NCBI GenBank assembly: GCA_964436005.1
Contig: CAYTBK010000005.1
Coordinates: forward strand, 3,041 to 67,040
Length of the DNA: 64,000 nt
Direction of reading: 5' to 3'
Source: an uncultured Acidobacteriota bacterium
GTDB lineage: Bacteria > Acidobacteriota > JAAYUB01
The notes under the pieces were generated by a model. That model did not search any database. It was not told the origin of the DNA and saw only the letters and a list, made by a program, of their open reading frames with translations. Below are positions 19,801 to 29,691 of the stretch, piece after piece (the first letter of the stretch is position 1; each line of letters starts with the position of its first letter). The translations under genes were made by a program, and so were the position numbers.

Positions 19801-20556
19801 GGCTGCCACCAGCCCCACCATGGCCACCGCTACGCCTTCGGCAAAGGCGAACGCCAGCATGTTGTCGCGCAGCGGGTCCTGGAACTGGTAGAGGACAATG
19901 GCCGTAAAAGACGAGAAGAGCAGGACGGCGGGCAGGTAGAATTCGCCGCCCCGTCGTCGGCAGAAGCGCAGGGCCAGGTGCGCTGCGACGAAGAGGGTGG
20001 GGAAAGCCCACAGGTAGATTCGCCAGGTCTCCCGGGCCGTTTCGGCGGAACGAACGACGACGACATTCCGGATCTTCTGCAACTGGTCCGGTGACAGCGG
20101 GCGTACCTGCCCACGGTGGCCGGCTTTGCTTTCCGCCAGCAAGGCACTGAGGGACAGGTGGGTTTTCTCCCACCAGCCGGCTTCGTCCATCCGCCTGGCC
20201 ACGCGGGCCGCCAGCGGCCGGAGATCTTCGGGGGGAAGAAGGGTGGAAAGGGCCTGTTCGATTTCCGTCTCGGTGGCGGTTGACAATAATGTTATTCTGG
20301 GTGGTGCGATCCGCGAGGCAAAGGGTCGCATCCTGATCGGGGAAGAGGAGGCTGCTTCCGCGGGTTTTCCGGAAGACCCCGCCCCCCCTCCCGTTTGAGG
20401 CCCGAAAACACTGATTTTCCAGGGGAGCGGGGCGACGGAAGCGGCGATCCTGGCGTCACCGGAACGCAAACCGAGCTGAAGTATCCAGACACTGGCCAGG
20501 AGAATGAGGGCCAGTTCAATGTTCCGGCAGAGCAACACCACCCGCAATTTCTTCAT
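16897..20556 (-). CDS. SEDS glycosyltransferase (FtsW/RodA family) fused to a class B penicillin-binding protein transpeptidase, with a Lys-rich C-tail
   Basis: SEDS motifs (GFQPVEFIKLMVVLFLAAYL); additional TM helix and pedestal; STFK, SxN, KTGT transpeptidase motifs; single 1219-aa ORF. Confidence 0.85.
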   Translation of the reverse strand: MKKLRVVLLCRNIELALILLASVWILQLGLRSGDARIAASVAPLPWKISVFGPQTGGGAGSSGKPAEAASSSPIRMRPFASRIAPPRITLLSTATETEIEQALSTLLPPEDLRPLAARVARRMDEAGWWEKTHLSLSALLAESKAGHRGQVRPLSPDQLQKIRNVVVVRSAETARETWRIYLWAFPTLFVAAHLALRFCRRRGGEFYLPAVLLFSSFTAIVLYQFQDPLRDNMLAFAFAEGVAVAMVGLVAAAGFIRLSTLEDFKYITILSALGLSLLLILYGSGPEGTDTRINLFGFQPVEFIKLMVVLFLAAYLSDRENELKALNAFRLGPFSIPRIRDVLPVAIFMCTSLAFFFVQKDLGPAMVLYLVFVCLFASIARRLMLGLAGLAVLTTAFWLAYRHSVFQTVSTRIEMWLSPWDNHRPGGVQLAESLWALASGGRAGSGPGLSSPNYIPAGHTDLILASCGEVFGFPAVALLLAGSTAIFVMMIYHAYQARHAYASGLGFGLALLFGVQAAVISAASLGILPLTGIPFPLLGYGKSATIATFILIGLMINIASRRPPGEPRPVRLPAAALVVPAVIAAALILAAGKAWVIMGPSADAILVKPCLVPQGDGVRRYACNRRLTTLAALIPRGAIRDCRGVPLALNDPLEAEEVAPLVRALGGSPPAADGRRRVQPFGPLTVHLLGCTQDYWSDQDTVEKKFDTHLRGYPYSERVEVVGGVRIVKPDYSGLAGPFRDRALFPAGRLGDILRQDRDVRLSLDIRIQAAAARALQNNFPEFDGVRRSAGAAVVLNALTGDILACLSLPGYDPNIPPTPALLQSIYGPGERPVADRCRKEIYPPGSTFKVVTAAAALWKGLSPNAETIDCRHKNVIPWTYDRILHKRSVTDDETESAHGRIAMPRALIESCNVYFAWLGTRVGAPDFFSFCKKELGLTLPAIPNAAAMDVNLPDNAYGQALVAVTPMEMAAVAAMVRNDGRRVVPGLTLYPEEPKPGHLATLLPEEAARQLRSWMVSVTVSGTGRQAAVEGLVTGGKTGTAQTASGDGRSHAWFIGFADPPPDPGKYIRPEKPERPTAGKSAGADAPPATPADRPEPGAPVAFAFLLENSGYGGRAAAPAARDLLTAMRDGALFPARPVAVEPTPAAEPPSGPAPAVAKDKPAAPRPAVKKQKPSPRPSRHVHKASTKQKKQSVHKKKPVKATGSKSKSKGKKRRQAL

Positions 20557-20885
20557 CAGTGGCCTCTTCGCCCATAGCGGCTCCGACAGAAAAAAATACG
20601 GGTTCCTTTAGCTTGGGGAGGCGGAACCCGCTTAGGGGGTAGTTAACATTGAAGTCCAAACCTATGCCTGATTCTCATAATTGTCAAGTCAATTTATGGA
20701 AGGGTGTTCCCGTGCGTTGCGCGAACCAACCTCGAATCGGGCGTGGCATATTATCCTGTTCGTTATCATGGCGGTTTTCTGCCGGAGACGCAGCCTGGTA
20801 TTGGGAAGAAAATTGAGTGAAACGGCCGATTTCGGCATCCATAAGTTGTAAGGGATTTGTCTGGCCGGGACCTGAGGGAGGCGGA

Positions 20886-21590
20886 ATGGGCAAGGTGAAA
20901 ACCATTGTATTGATAATAGGAATATTGTCTTGTCTGGGCAGTGCGGCCATGGCCAGGGAGTTGCCCAATTGGGTGGTCCGGGCGGAGTATCCCGTGCCCA
21001 CGGCGGCGGCGGACCGGTGGGCCGTGGTGGACTGGCTGTACCGGGTGACGGAAATCCGGGTGATCGACGGGGAAGAATGGTGGGCTGTCACGGTGGACAG
21101 CGTGCGGGGGAATGCCGTTTCCTCCGGTTCTTTTCTCTTCCAGCCGGAAACGAGGGTGGTCAGGAATGCCTGCTGCCTGACGAAGCGAAACGGTGTGGAC
21201 ATGGAGGTCGATCTGGATAGCATCCAGGGGGAAGGCGTCTCTCTGCACCCGTACAGCCCTTTCCCTCTGGATCAGGCGGTTTCGCCTTCCCTAGCCGCGG
21301 GCCGGTTGGCCGCCCGTTCGTCCGGGGGCAGCGGTTGGTCTTTCCAGGCTGAATTCACGGTCCGCCAGGGGACCGCCGAGGAGTTGTCCTCCTCCCCCCT
21401 GGCCGCGAAGGCCCGCCAGTCGGCGGGGGAAGTGTCGACTTTCGTGGTGGAAGGTCAAAAGGGGAGTATCTTGTCTGGCCGGCGCACCCTTCAATACGGA
21501 AGCCGGTTCCCCTGGTGGATCTGTTGCGAAACTTCGTCTTGCCGGTCGGTAATGGTAGAATTTCAAGGAGTTGTCTTGAAAGATGAATAG
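20886..21590 (+). CDS. hypothetical secreted protein
   Basis: SD gagggagg; signal peptide MGKVKTIVLIIGILSCLGSAAMA; overlaps the next gene by 8 nt. Confidence 0.5.
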   Translation: MGKVKTIVLIIGILSCLGSAAMARELPNWVVRAEYPVPTAAADRWAVVDWLYRVTEIRVIDGEEWWAVTVDSVRGNAVSSGSFLFQPETRVVRNACCLTKRNGVDMEVDLDSIQGEGVSLHPYSPFPLDQAVSPSLAAGRLAARSSGGSGWSFQAEFTVRQGTAEELSSSPLAAKARQSAGEVSTFVVEGQKGSILSGRRTLQYGSRFPWWICCETSSCRSVMVEFQGVVLKDE

Positions 21591-24168
21591 AGCTTTTCTA
21601 CTGTTCACAGCGGTGCTGGCGGCCGTACTGTCGAACGCTCCCGTCTTGGCGGACGGCTCGGAGGAATACTACGCCACAAAAGCGGCCTGGAGCTCTTTCT
21701 GGTTTCCGTATATCGACGGCACCCTGGTGACGGGGAAAGCTTCCTCGGGCACGGTGGGCGGAGGCTACTACTACACGGACTGGGAAGGCGGCTTTGCTCC
21801 GCTGGAGAAACTGGGGGCCGCCTTCGGGCTGGATCCCCGTGGCGAGGCCTTCCAGTGGGAAAGCGAGCACCATTACGACACGGAAGCGGAGGAATGGTAC
21901 GGGCACTGCAACGGATTCGCGGCGGCCAGCTGCGTCGAGGCGGCCCCCACGGCCCCCGGCCAGGTGGGAGACGTGTATTTCCGGGTGGGAGACAAGAAGG
22001 CCCTTCTGTGCGAATCCCACCAGGGGGACGGGGCCCTGTTGACCGGCAGCCGCTTCACCGGTGCGGAGGGGGAGGATTCGCAGGACATCTACCCGAATGT
22101 CTTCCACGCCGTTCTGCAGCGGAACATCAAAACACTGGGCGTTCCGTTCGTGGTCGAGGTCGATCCGGGAATCCAGATATGGAACTTTCCCTGCTACGGG
22201 TACAGCTCGACCTGGATCGACGATGGGGATGTGCGCCACGTGACGACGAAAGTATACCTGGCCAGCGATGTCGTCCGCCCCGACGTCACGGAAATCAAGA
22301 AAAAAACCGCCACCTACACCTACGACCTGAAGATGAGCGGCGAAACCGTGCTTTCCGGGACCTGGACAGGAAAGTCGGTGTACGACCATCCTGATTTCGT
22401 GTGGGAGGTCATCACCATCGAGAGCGCCAACCCGTATCTAACCATAGACGATGCTCGCAACGTGGCCTCCTCCACCCTGGCGGGCAGCGTGACGGACGAT
22501 TCCTGGGAGCCCAACAACAGCCGCCAGGAGGCCGAGCCCATGAACTACGACGTCCTGTTCGCGCGGTTGCTGGATGATGATTGGTTCGGCATTCCCGTGG
22601 AAGCCGGGGAAAAGGTGAGCGCGACCGTCATGACCCAGAAAATCGACAACCAGTTGTCGGTTTCGCTGGAAGACGCCCAGGGAAACCCGTTGGCCGCTTC
22701 CCAGAGCGGGAAGGGGCCGTTCACCCTGTCGAGCGACGTCGTCGAGAACAGCGGGAACGCCTATCTGCACCTCGATCCCGTTACTCCGCAGACCGTTTTC
22801 CGGAACTATGAGATCGAAGTCGGCCGAACCGGTTGCCAGGCGGTCATGCCCCACGTGGCCAACTCCTGCCAGTGGTCTTCGGAGCTGTTTCTGCTGAACC
22901 CGAACGCGACGTCGGTCAGGGTATTCAACCATTTTTACGATGCTTCCGTATCTCCGGTCCGGCACGTGTCGTATGACGGCGGAATCGGGACCATGCCCGG
23001 GAAGGCCCTGATCCGGGGCTATCTCGAAACGCTGTTCAACGATTTCGGGGAGGACTGCCAACGCTGGATGCGGTTGCGCTCCCTCGAAAATATCGACGGG
23101 TTCTGCCTGTTTCGGGCGGACGGCGGAAAAAACCTTACGGCGGTGCGGCTGCAGAGTCCTGTGTCCACCAATTTGAATTTCAACAGTTTGGCCTACGACA
23201 GCACCTGGTGGACAGGCGTGGGCATCGTCAACCCCGATTACCGGCACACGACGAAGGTGCAGATCAAGCCGATCCGGGCGAGCGGTTCCGTCAATACCCA
23301 GGCGGTCAAGGAAGTCGTCCTGGAACCGAGCGGGAGAGTCCTGGCCATGCTGAACGAGTATTTCGACCTCGATGTGCTGGCGGAAACGAACTGGATCCGC
23401 ATCGAAGCCGACCGTCCCATCGCCGGTTTTGAAGTCTTCGGAACGCAGAATTTCGAGATGTGCGAGGGACTGCCGCTGCAGGATGACGGCGCAGCGGAAT
23501 CGTACGCGGCCTGGCTGCCGCCGCCGACCGACGGGTGGTGGTCGGGCATCACGCTCGTCAATCCGAGCTCCGATACGGTCAGCGTCAAGGTCTACCCGTT
23601 CAACGTCAATGGGATCTACCTGCTGAACCCGCCCTACTACACCGAAGTGCCTTTGGGGAGAAGGGGCAAGTCCGCTTTGATGATGGAGCAGCTGCTCCCC
23701 GGCGGGAAGCGCGAACAGTTGGCCTACCTGAAGATCGCCGTTCCGGAGGACCGAAAGGTGACGGGCTTCGTCATGAACGGTAATTTCCAATCGGGAATCA
23801 TGTGCGGGTATCCGCTGACGAAGGCATCCGAAATGCAGACGCAGGGAACCATCTGCGCCGTGGATGGGTTGACGGTGATCTTCAACAACGTGAAAAGCGG
23901 GAACAGCGACAAGAAGGTGACGATCCGGTTCCTGGACACTCAGGGAAACGCCCTGGGGGAGGAACGTGAGATGGCGTTGCCTCGCTACGTTGTCAAGCGG
24001 GCGACCCCGGAGGAGCTGTATCAGGGCACTCCCCCGGAAGGGTGGGCGAGGCTGGTCTGGAAATGCGACTCTCCCCTCATCGTGATGGGCGAGGTCATTC
24101 AGGACGACAAGGGCACGTACATTCCTTCCCTGGTCGAGGAGCCGGCGGAGGGCGCCGTCACCCGATGA
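21583..24168 (+). CDS. large secreted protein: transglutaminase-like Cys motif, PPC-like domain, three copies of a shared C-terminal module
   Basis: Signal peptide; YGHCNGFAAAS (compare the transglutaminase motif YGQCWVFAA); EPNNS PPC-like motif; three repeats ending ...IAGFEVFG. Confidence 0.75.
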   Translation: MNRAFLLFTAVLAAVLSNAPVLADGSEEYYATKAAWSSFWFPYIDGTLVTGKASSGTVGGGYYYTDWEGGFAPLEKLGAAFGLDPRGEAFQWESEHHYDTEAEEWYGHCNGFAAASCVEAAPTAPGQVGDVYFRVGDKKALLCESHQGDGALLTGSRFTGAEGEDSQDIYPNVFHAVLQRNIKTLGVPFVVEVDPGIQIWNFPCYGYSSTWIDDGDVRHVTTKVYLASDVVRPDVTEIKKKTATYTYDLKMSGETVLSGTWTGKSVYDHPDFVWEVITIESANPYLTIDDARNVASSTLAGSVTDDSWEPNNSRQEAEPMNYDVLFARLLDDDWFGIPVEAGEKVSATVMTQKIDNQLSVSLEDAQGNPLAASQSGKGPFTLSSDVVENSGNAYLHLDPVTPQTVFRNYEIEVGRTGCQAVMPHVANSCQWSSELFLLNPNATSVRVFNHFYDASVSPVRHVSYDGGIGTMPGKALIRGYLETLFNDFGEDCQRWMRLRSLENIDGFCLFRADGGKNLTAVRLQSPVSTNLNFNSLAYDSTWWTGVGIVNPDYRHTTKVQIKPIRASGSVNTQAVKEVVLEPSGRVLAMLNEYFDLDVLAETNWIRIEADRPIAGFEVFGTQNFEMCEGLPLQDDGAAESYAAWLPPPTDGWWSGITLVNPSSDTVSVKVYPFNVNGIYLLNPPYYTEVPLGRRGKSALMMEQLLPGGKREQLAYLKIAVPEDRKVTGFVMNGNFQSGIMCGYPLTKASEMQTQGTICAVDGLTVIFNNVKSGNSDKKVTIRFLDTQGNALGEEREMALPRYVVKRATPEELYQGTPPEGWARLVWKCDSPLIVMGEVIQDDKGTYIPSLVEEPAEGAVTR

Positions 24169-24266
24169 ATATGGAACGGCATGTCCTGGATTGGTGACGT
24201 GCGCCACTGTCGGGCGCATATACAGATTGGTATACTAATAAGTCAGATAAAGAAGGGAGGTCTATC

Positions 24267-27200
24267 ATGAAAAGCAAGGGGTGGGGTGTGAAGGGGGGGG
24301 TGTTCCTGATCCTATTGATGTTGACAGGCGGGGGCCTGTTCGCCGTGGAGCCGATCAACTCCTTTTCGGTCATTTATTTCGCCGATGTCAACAACGACAG
24401 CCTGCAGGACCTGCTCATCAGCAACAACCGCACGATCAGGGCCTACCTGAACCGGGGGACCGCCAGCGCGCCTTCCTATGGCTCGGCGGATTACGATCTG
24501 CCGATGGACGCCAACGCCTACCGGGTCATCGGCTCTTTCGCCGACATTTTTTACAGCGGCAAGATGGACGTCTTCTTCGGCGCCGAGGCCGGGGGAATCG
24601 GCCGCATCGCCAATACGGGGACGGCCTCCAACCCCGTCTGGACCACGGTCCGCAACACGGGGCTGCGAACCAATTCCTTCCTGGGCATCACCCACGACCC
24701 CTTCATCGAAACCGTCCTGTTCCACGACTTCGACAGCGACGGCGACCTGGACCTGATCTTTACGGACCCGTATTCTTTCCTCACCTACTATGTCAACCAG
24801 GATCGCGAATCCGACGGATGGGTGGATGGAAAGTGGAGCGGCACGACGACGCCTTCCTTCACCGTGCTGGTCAGCTGGTCCCCCCTCGTCGGCTGCGGCG
24901 CCACGTCCGCCAAGCCCGCCCTGTTGGACTGGACGGCCGACGGCCTGTTCGACCTGTATGCCGGTGACAACTTCAGCGGAGGAGTTCGTTCGTATGTCAA
25001 TTCAGGAACACTCACCAGACCTTCCTTGACCAGTGCTGGAATTGTTCTCACCGACGTTGTCACCGGGCTGTACCCGACCTGCGCCTTCCGCGATTTCACC
25101 GGCGACGGCTTCCTGGACTTGTACTACGGGAACGCCGCCGGGGCTTTCACCCTGGTCAGCTCCGTGAACCGAAGTTCCACCGATGTGGACGTCCTCCCTC
25201 CCCCCATGCCGGTCAGCGGGCTGACGAAAGACTCTCTGGAGGCGGGCGGCCTGACCCTGAAATGGCCCTTCGTGAACGACGCCGCCGTCACCAGCGGGTC
25301 CAAATACCGTTCCGGAGTCTACTCCTATGCCTTGTACCGCGACGACACGGGCGATTCCGATTTCACCCCGTCGCAGAACAATCTTCTGTGGAAGCACTAC
25401 CAATGGCATTACAGCCCCGACTACGCCCCGGAATTCGCCGACGGGGACGGCTTCAAGATCGTTAACAACTACTTCTACTACCACGACGCGGGGCTTTCGG
25501 GCGGGAATACATACTGCTACAAGCTCGTGGTGACGGACGCTGCCGGCAATTCCGTCACGACCGATGCCGTCTGCCAGACTTTCGACCCGCCCTACTTCGA
25601 TTCCGTCAGCGTGCAGGTTTCGCCGCTCGTGACCACGAACGCGTTTCTCCTGTCGTTCTCCACGCTGGACCAGTATGCCAACCTGTACCCCATCGAGCCC
25701 AACGGTACGGAGCCCAACATCTCGGTTCAGGTGTACAAGGGCACCCCGCCGGCTCCCTCCGGAGAAACGCTCGTGGACGCCGTTTCGAGCGAACCCGTCG
25801 CCTCCATGACATTCGACGGAACGTCCAACTACACGGGGACGGTGACCATCGCCGACAGTTCGTGCGAGCAGTTCTACGTTCACGTGACCGCCGTGCACAA
25901 CGCGACCACCGCCTTGATTACCAAGGAGAAACTGTCCTCTCAGGTGATCATCGACCGGGCCGCTCCCCCGATGCCGACCCTGACGGGAACCCCGCAGGGA
26001 TACTCCAGCATCGTGTTCAGCTGGACCCCCGTCACCGACAACTGTTCGTTGATCGCGCGGTACCGGCTTTTCATCAAGGGGCCCACCGACACGGCGTATT
26101 CGCAGCAGTATTCCGGTACGTTGACGAGCTACACGAAAACGGTGCTGCCCTGCCAGAGCTACCGGGCCTATGTCACCGCCGTGGACACGGCCGGGAACGA
26201 AACCGTCGTGGCCTCGCCGGATGCAGTGGCCGGCACCTACGCCGCGCTGCCCGATACCACGGCCCCCAACAACCCTACCGGCCTGACGGGAACGTATTAT
26301 AGCAGCGACACCAAGATACAGCTGAACTGGAACGACGTGGCGGATTCTCAGAGCGGCCTGTACCGCTACGAAATCCAGAAGCACCTGACCGGCGCCGAGT
26401 ACGCATTCCTTTGCTACGTCACCTATTCCGAGCATTCGGACAACCAGACCAATCCGGGAACGCCGGTGTACTACCGGGTCCGCGCCATCGACAAGTGCAA
26501 CAACGCGTCCGGATGGACGGAAGTGTCCGTAACCAAAATCGTCGACACCACCGCCCCGACGGTGCCGACCGGGCTTGCCGGCAGCGCCCTGAGCCCCTCC
26601 TCCATCGGACTGACCTGGAACGCATCCACCGACAGCGGCAGCGGCGTGCGCGGGTACAACATCTACCTGAACTCCAGTTCGACTCCTTTTGTGGAGGCCC
26701 CGACCAATTCCTACACCCATACGGGCCTGACCGCGAACACATCCTATACCTACCAGGTGGCGGCCGTCGACAATGTCGGAAACGTTTCGGCCAAGACTTC
26801 CGCGATTTCGGTGCGGACGCTTCCTTCCACTTCGGAAAAGCCGAATCCGCCCACCGATTTGCGGACTTCGCTGGTCGAGGCTTCGCGCGTGACGCTCCGC
26901 TGGACCGCCCCGACCGCCAGGGTGCCCGTCAGTTCCTACCGGGTATACCGCCACGCCAGCGCCACCTCGGCGGACTCCAGCGGCGTCCTGGTCGGGTCGT
27001 CGACCACAACGGAGTATACCGTTACCGGCCTGACGGCAGCGACGACCTATTATTACACCGTGAAATCCGTCAGTTCCACGAGCGTGGAGTCGAATCCGTC
27101 CAACCGCCTGGCCGTGACTACGGCCTCCGTGGCCACTCCGACGGTGCCCCAGAACTTCCGGGTCACCGATATCGGCAGCAACACGGTGGACCTGGCCTGG

Positions 27201-29642
27201 AGCGCTTCGACTCCTTCCGCCGGGGTGGTCTACTCTATCTGCATCGGCCGGGACACGCTCTTCGGACCGGCCTGCATCCAGACTGCCGTCACCACCACGA
27301 ACCTAAGCATCCAGATCACCGGCCTTTCGCCCAGCCATGAGTACATTTTCCTGATTTCGGCCCAGCTCCCGGGCGGGGTTTCCTCGGACTTCAACAAGCT
27401 GGAAACGACCACCCTGGTAGCCGACACGACTCCGCCTTCCGCACCCACGAACCTGACCGGCGTCGCCCTGAGCAAAACGTCGATCCAGCTGACCTGGACG
27501 GCATCCTCGGACGGCGAAGGTTCCGGAATCGACCATTACCGGATCTACCGCAATGGCGCGTATTACCTCAACGTCACGGATACCACCTTCACCGACCTGG
27601 GGCTGCAGGCCGGCACGACATATTCGTATGGTGTCGAGGCCGTCGACAACGCCGATCTCATTTCGGACCGGGCGACGGTGGACGTGACCACCTTGTCGGA
27701 CGACACCACCGGGCCGTCTACGCCCGGGAACTTTACGGCGGTCGTGCTGACCGGCTCCAGCGTCGCTTTGTCCTGGGGCGCCTCCACGGACAATGAAGGG
27801 GGGTCCGGCCTGGACGGGTACGAAATCTACCGCAACGGCGTGCTCCTGATCCAGGTGGAGGGCCTGAGCCATGTGGACACGGGCCTGACCAGCGGGACGG
27901 ACTACTCCTACTATGTCATGGCGATCGATGAGATGGACAACCGCTCGCCCGCCAGCAACACCGTCACCGTACGGCCGCAGGACCTGCACGTCCTCTACGT
28001 GGGGCACGTCTGCGAATCGGACCTCTGGTTCAGCCGGCTCACCATCGTCAACGTGGGGGCGACCGACAATCCCATCGATGTCTACGCCTACAACCACGAT
28101 GGCACCCAGTTGGAAAAGGTCACCCTGCCGTCGCTGCCCACGCACGCCAAGTTCGAATCCGATCTGGCCACCCTGTTCAGTCCCGCGGTTTTCCAGGCCG
28201 GCAACGATGTCTGGCTCAAGATCGAAAGCGTGTCGGAAATCCAGGGCGTGGCGAGCTTCGGCACCAAGGACAACCAGGGCATGACGGCCTTGCCCCTGTT
28301 CGGGGTTTCGGCCACCGACCTGGTCTTCCCCTACGTGTACATCGACAATATCTGGATGACCGGCCTCACCGTCATCAACACCGGGCAGGAAACGGCCGGC
28401 GTGACCTTCCGGGCCTTCTCCGAAATCGGCGAACTCCTCTCCACCGTCAACGCGGAATTGCCCGTGAACAACAAGTCCGCGAAGCTGATCGACCAGCTGT
28501 TCCCGGAAGTCGAAAACCCCTCCCGCATCCGCTTCGTGAAGGCGGATTCCACCCAGCCGCTGATCGGCTTCGAGGCCTTCGGCTCCCTGGCCCAGCCGGG
28601 CTGGTCCAGCTTGCCCTGCTTCTCCCTCTCCAAGGACCTGTTCAAGTTCTCCTCTTCCGACCAGGGCGAGCAAGGCCGGGAAGCGATCGTCCAGGCCATT
28701 CCTTCCACGCCGACCGGGCTGACCGCCCAGGCGGTGTCGAGCGACAAGGTTCTCCTGTCCTGGAACAAGAATCCGGAAGAGGACATCGACCACTACGAAG
28801 TGCTCAACAACGACAGCTTCATGGCCGTGCTCGTCGGAACCGCGTCCGGCACTTCCTATACCGTCTCCGGCCTGACGGCCGAATCGACCCACAAGTACTC
28901 CATCAAAGCGGTCAACACGTCTGCGCAGACTTCCGAAGCGACGGCCCAGGTTTCCGTGGTCACGCTGCCGACGGGCCAGGTGGCCTACCCGTACAAGGCG
29001 TATTTCAACGAAATCCCTGATCCGAGCTTCTACGGTCTGGGCGTGACTTTCTCCAACATCGGGACGGACGTTACCGAAATGAAACTGGACCTGTACAACA
29101 AGGAAGGCGTCCGGATCGGGGAAAAGCTGGTCCCCTCCGTGGCGCCCAACGCCCAGGTCTCGTACGAAATCCGTTACTTCTTCGACAACGTTTTGCCGGA
29201 GGGGGCCGCCTACATGACCATCGGCAGCCTCCAGCCCGTGCTCGGCTTCGAGATCTTCCTCACCGCCGACACCAATGCGCATCCGTTCCAGATGGAAGGG
29301 ATCAACATCGTCAAGAAAGGCGTCCACCGGATGAATTTCCCCATGCTGATCAACACGGCGGACTGGACTTCCATCTGCAAGCTGACGAACACGGAAACGG
29401 CGGAAGCCTCCGTCACCGTGACGGGGTACGGCCAGGATGGGGTGTCCAAGGGCGATGTCGTCCTGACGATTCCCGCCCTGGGCAAGGTGGAGCGTTCCCT
29501 CGCCGAGCTCTTCCCTTCCATTACCGATCTGGCCTGGTTCACCGTTTACAGTGAAAAGGAGCTGATCGGAGACATGTTCATCGTCTCCGCGGACGCGACC
29601 CGGCTGATCTCTTACCTGGGAATGGCTCAAGATACGGAGTGA
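24267..29642 (+). CDS. giant secreted protein: FG-GAP repeats, ~10 fibronectin type III domains, C-terminal shared modules
   Basis: SD aagggagg; signal peptide; FTGDGFLDLYYGN/FDSDGDLDLIFTD FG-GAP; repeated Fn3 (LTWNASTDSGSGVRGYNIY...); C-terminal modules ending LIGFEAFG / VLGFEIF. Confidence 0.85.
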   Translation: MKSKGWGVKGGVFLILLMLTGGGLFAVEPINSFSVIYFADVNNDSLQDLLISNNRTIRAYLNRGTASAPSYGSADYDLPMDANAYRVIGSFADIFYSGKMDVFFGAEAGGIGRIANTGTASNPVWTTVRNTGLRTNSFLGITHDPFIETVLFHDFDSDGDLDLIFTDPYSFLTYYVNQDRESDGWVDGKWSGTTTPSFTVLVSWSPLVGCGATSAKPALLDWTADGLFDLYAGDNFSGGVRSYVNSGTLTRPSLTSAGIVLTDVVTGLYPTCAFRDFTGDGFLDLYYGNAAGAFTLVSSVNRSSTDVDVLPPPMPVSGLTKDSLEAGGLTLKWPFVNDAAVTSGSKYRSGVYSYALYRDDTGDSDFTPSQNNLLWKHYQWHYSPDYAPEFADGDGFKIVNNYFYYHDAGLSGGNTYCYKLVVTDAAGNSVTTDAVCQTFDPPYFDSVSVQVSPLVTTNAFLLSFSTLDQYANLYPIEPNGTEPNISVQVYKGTPPAPSGETLVDAVSSEPVASMTFDGTSNYTGTVTIADSSCEQFYVHVTAVHNATTALITKEKLSSQVIIDRAAPPMPTLTGTPQGYSSIVFSWTPVTDNCSLIARYRLFIKGPTDTAYSQQYSGTLTSYTKTVLPCQSYRAYVTAVDTAGNETVVASPDAVAGTYAALPDTTAPNNPTGLTGTYYSSDTKIQLNWNDVADSQSGLYRYEIQKHLTGAEYAFLCYVTYSEHSDNQTNPGTPVYYRVRAIDKCNNASGWTEVSVTKIVDTTAPTVPTGLAGSALSPSSIGLTWNASTDSGSGVRGYNIYLNSSSTPFVEAPTNSYTHTGLTANTSYTYQVAAVDNVGNVSAKTSAISVRTLPSTSEKPNPPTDLRTSLVEASRVTLRWTAPTARVPVSSYRVYRHASATSADSSGVLVGSSTTTEYTVTGLTAATTYYYTVKSVSSTSVESNPSNRLAVTTASVATPTVPQNFRVTDIGSNTVDLAWSASTPSAGVVYSICIGRDTLFGPACIQTAVTTTNLSIQITGLSPSHEYIFLISAQLPGGVSSDFNKLETTTLVADTTPPSAPTNLTGVALSKTSIQLTWTASSDGEGSGIDHYRIYRNGAYYLNVTDTTFTDLGLQAGTTYSYGVEAVDNADLISDRATVDVTTLSDDTTGPSTPGNFTAVVLTGSSVALSWGASTDNEGGSGLDGYEIYRNGVLLIQVEGLSHVDTGLTSGTDYSYYVMAIDEMDNRSPASNTVTVRPQDLHVLYVGHVCESDLWFSRLTIVNVGATDNPIDVYAYNHDGTQLEKVTLPSLPTHAKFESDLATLFSPAVFQAGNDVWLKIESVSEIQGVASFGTKDNQGMTALPLFGVSATDLVFPYVYIDNIWMTGLTVINTGQETAGVTFRAFSEIGELLSTVNAELPVNNKSAKLIDQLFPEVENPSRIRFVKADSTQPLIGFEAFGSLAQPGWSSLPCFSLSKDLFKFSSSDQGEQGREAIVQAIPSTPTGLTAQAVSSDKVLLSWNKNPEEDIDHYEVLNNDSFMAVLVGTASGTSYTVSGLTAESTHKYSIKAVNTSAQTSEATAQVSVVTLPTGQVAYPYKAYFNEIPDPSFYGLGVTFSNIGTDVTEMKLDLYNKEGVRIGEKLVPSVAPNAQVSYEIRYFFDNVLPEGAAYMTIGSLQPVLGFEIFLTADTNAHPFQMEGINIVKKGVHRMNFPMLINTADWTSICKLTNTETAEASVTVTGYGQDGVSKGDVVLTIPALGKVERSLAELFPSITDLAWFTVYSEKELIGDMFIVSADATRLISYLGMAQDTE

Positions 29643-29667
29643 TTTCTCCGTCCGAGCGTCGAGGAGA

Positions 29668-29688
29668 GGGGCGCCCTGCGGGGCGCCC
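29668..29688. terminator. bidirectional hairpin between convergent genes
   Basis: gggcgcc/ggcgccc 7-bp stem with a 5-nt loop. Confidence 0.4.
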
Positions 29689-29691
29689 TTC

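Noticed and set aside
16802-20173. 1123-aa minus ORF and 745-aa plus ORF overlapping the SEDS-PBP gene
   Set aside because: Alternative-frame or antisense shadows; only the 16897-20556 frame carries the SEDS and transpeptidase motifs.
22438-29630. Long minus-strand ORFs (22438-24219, 25002-26954, 27303-29630)
   Set aside because: They overlap the well-supported + strand secreted-protein genes completely and show typical high-GC antisense composition.
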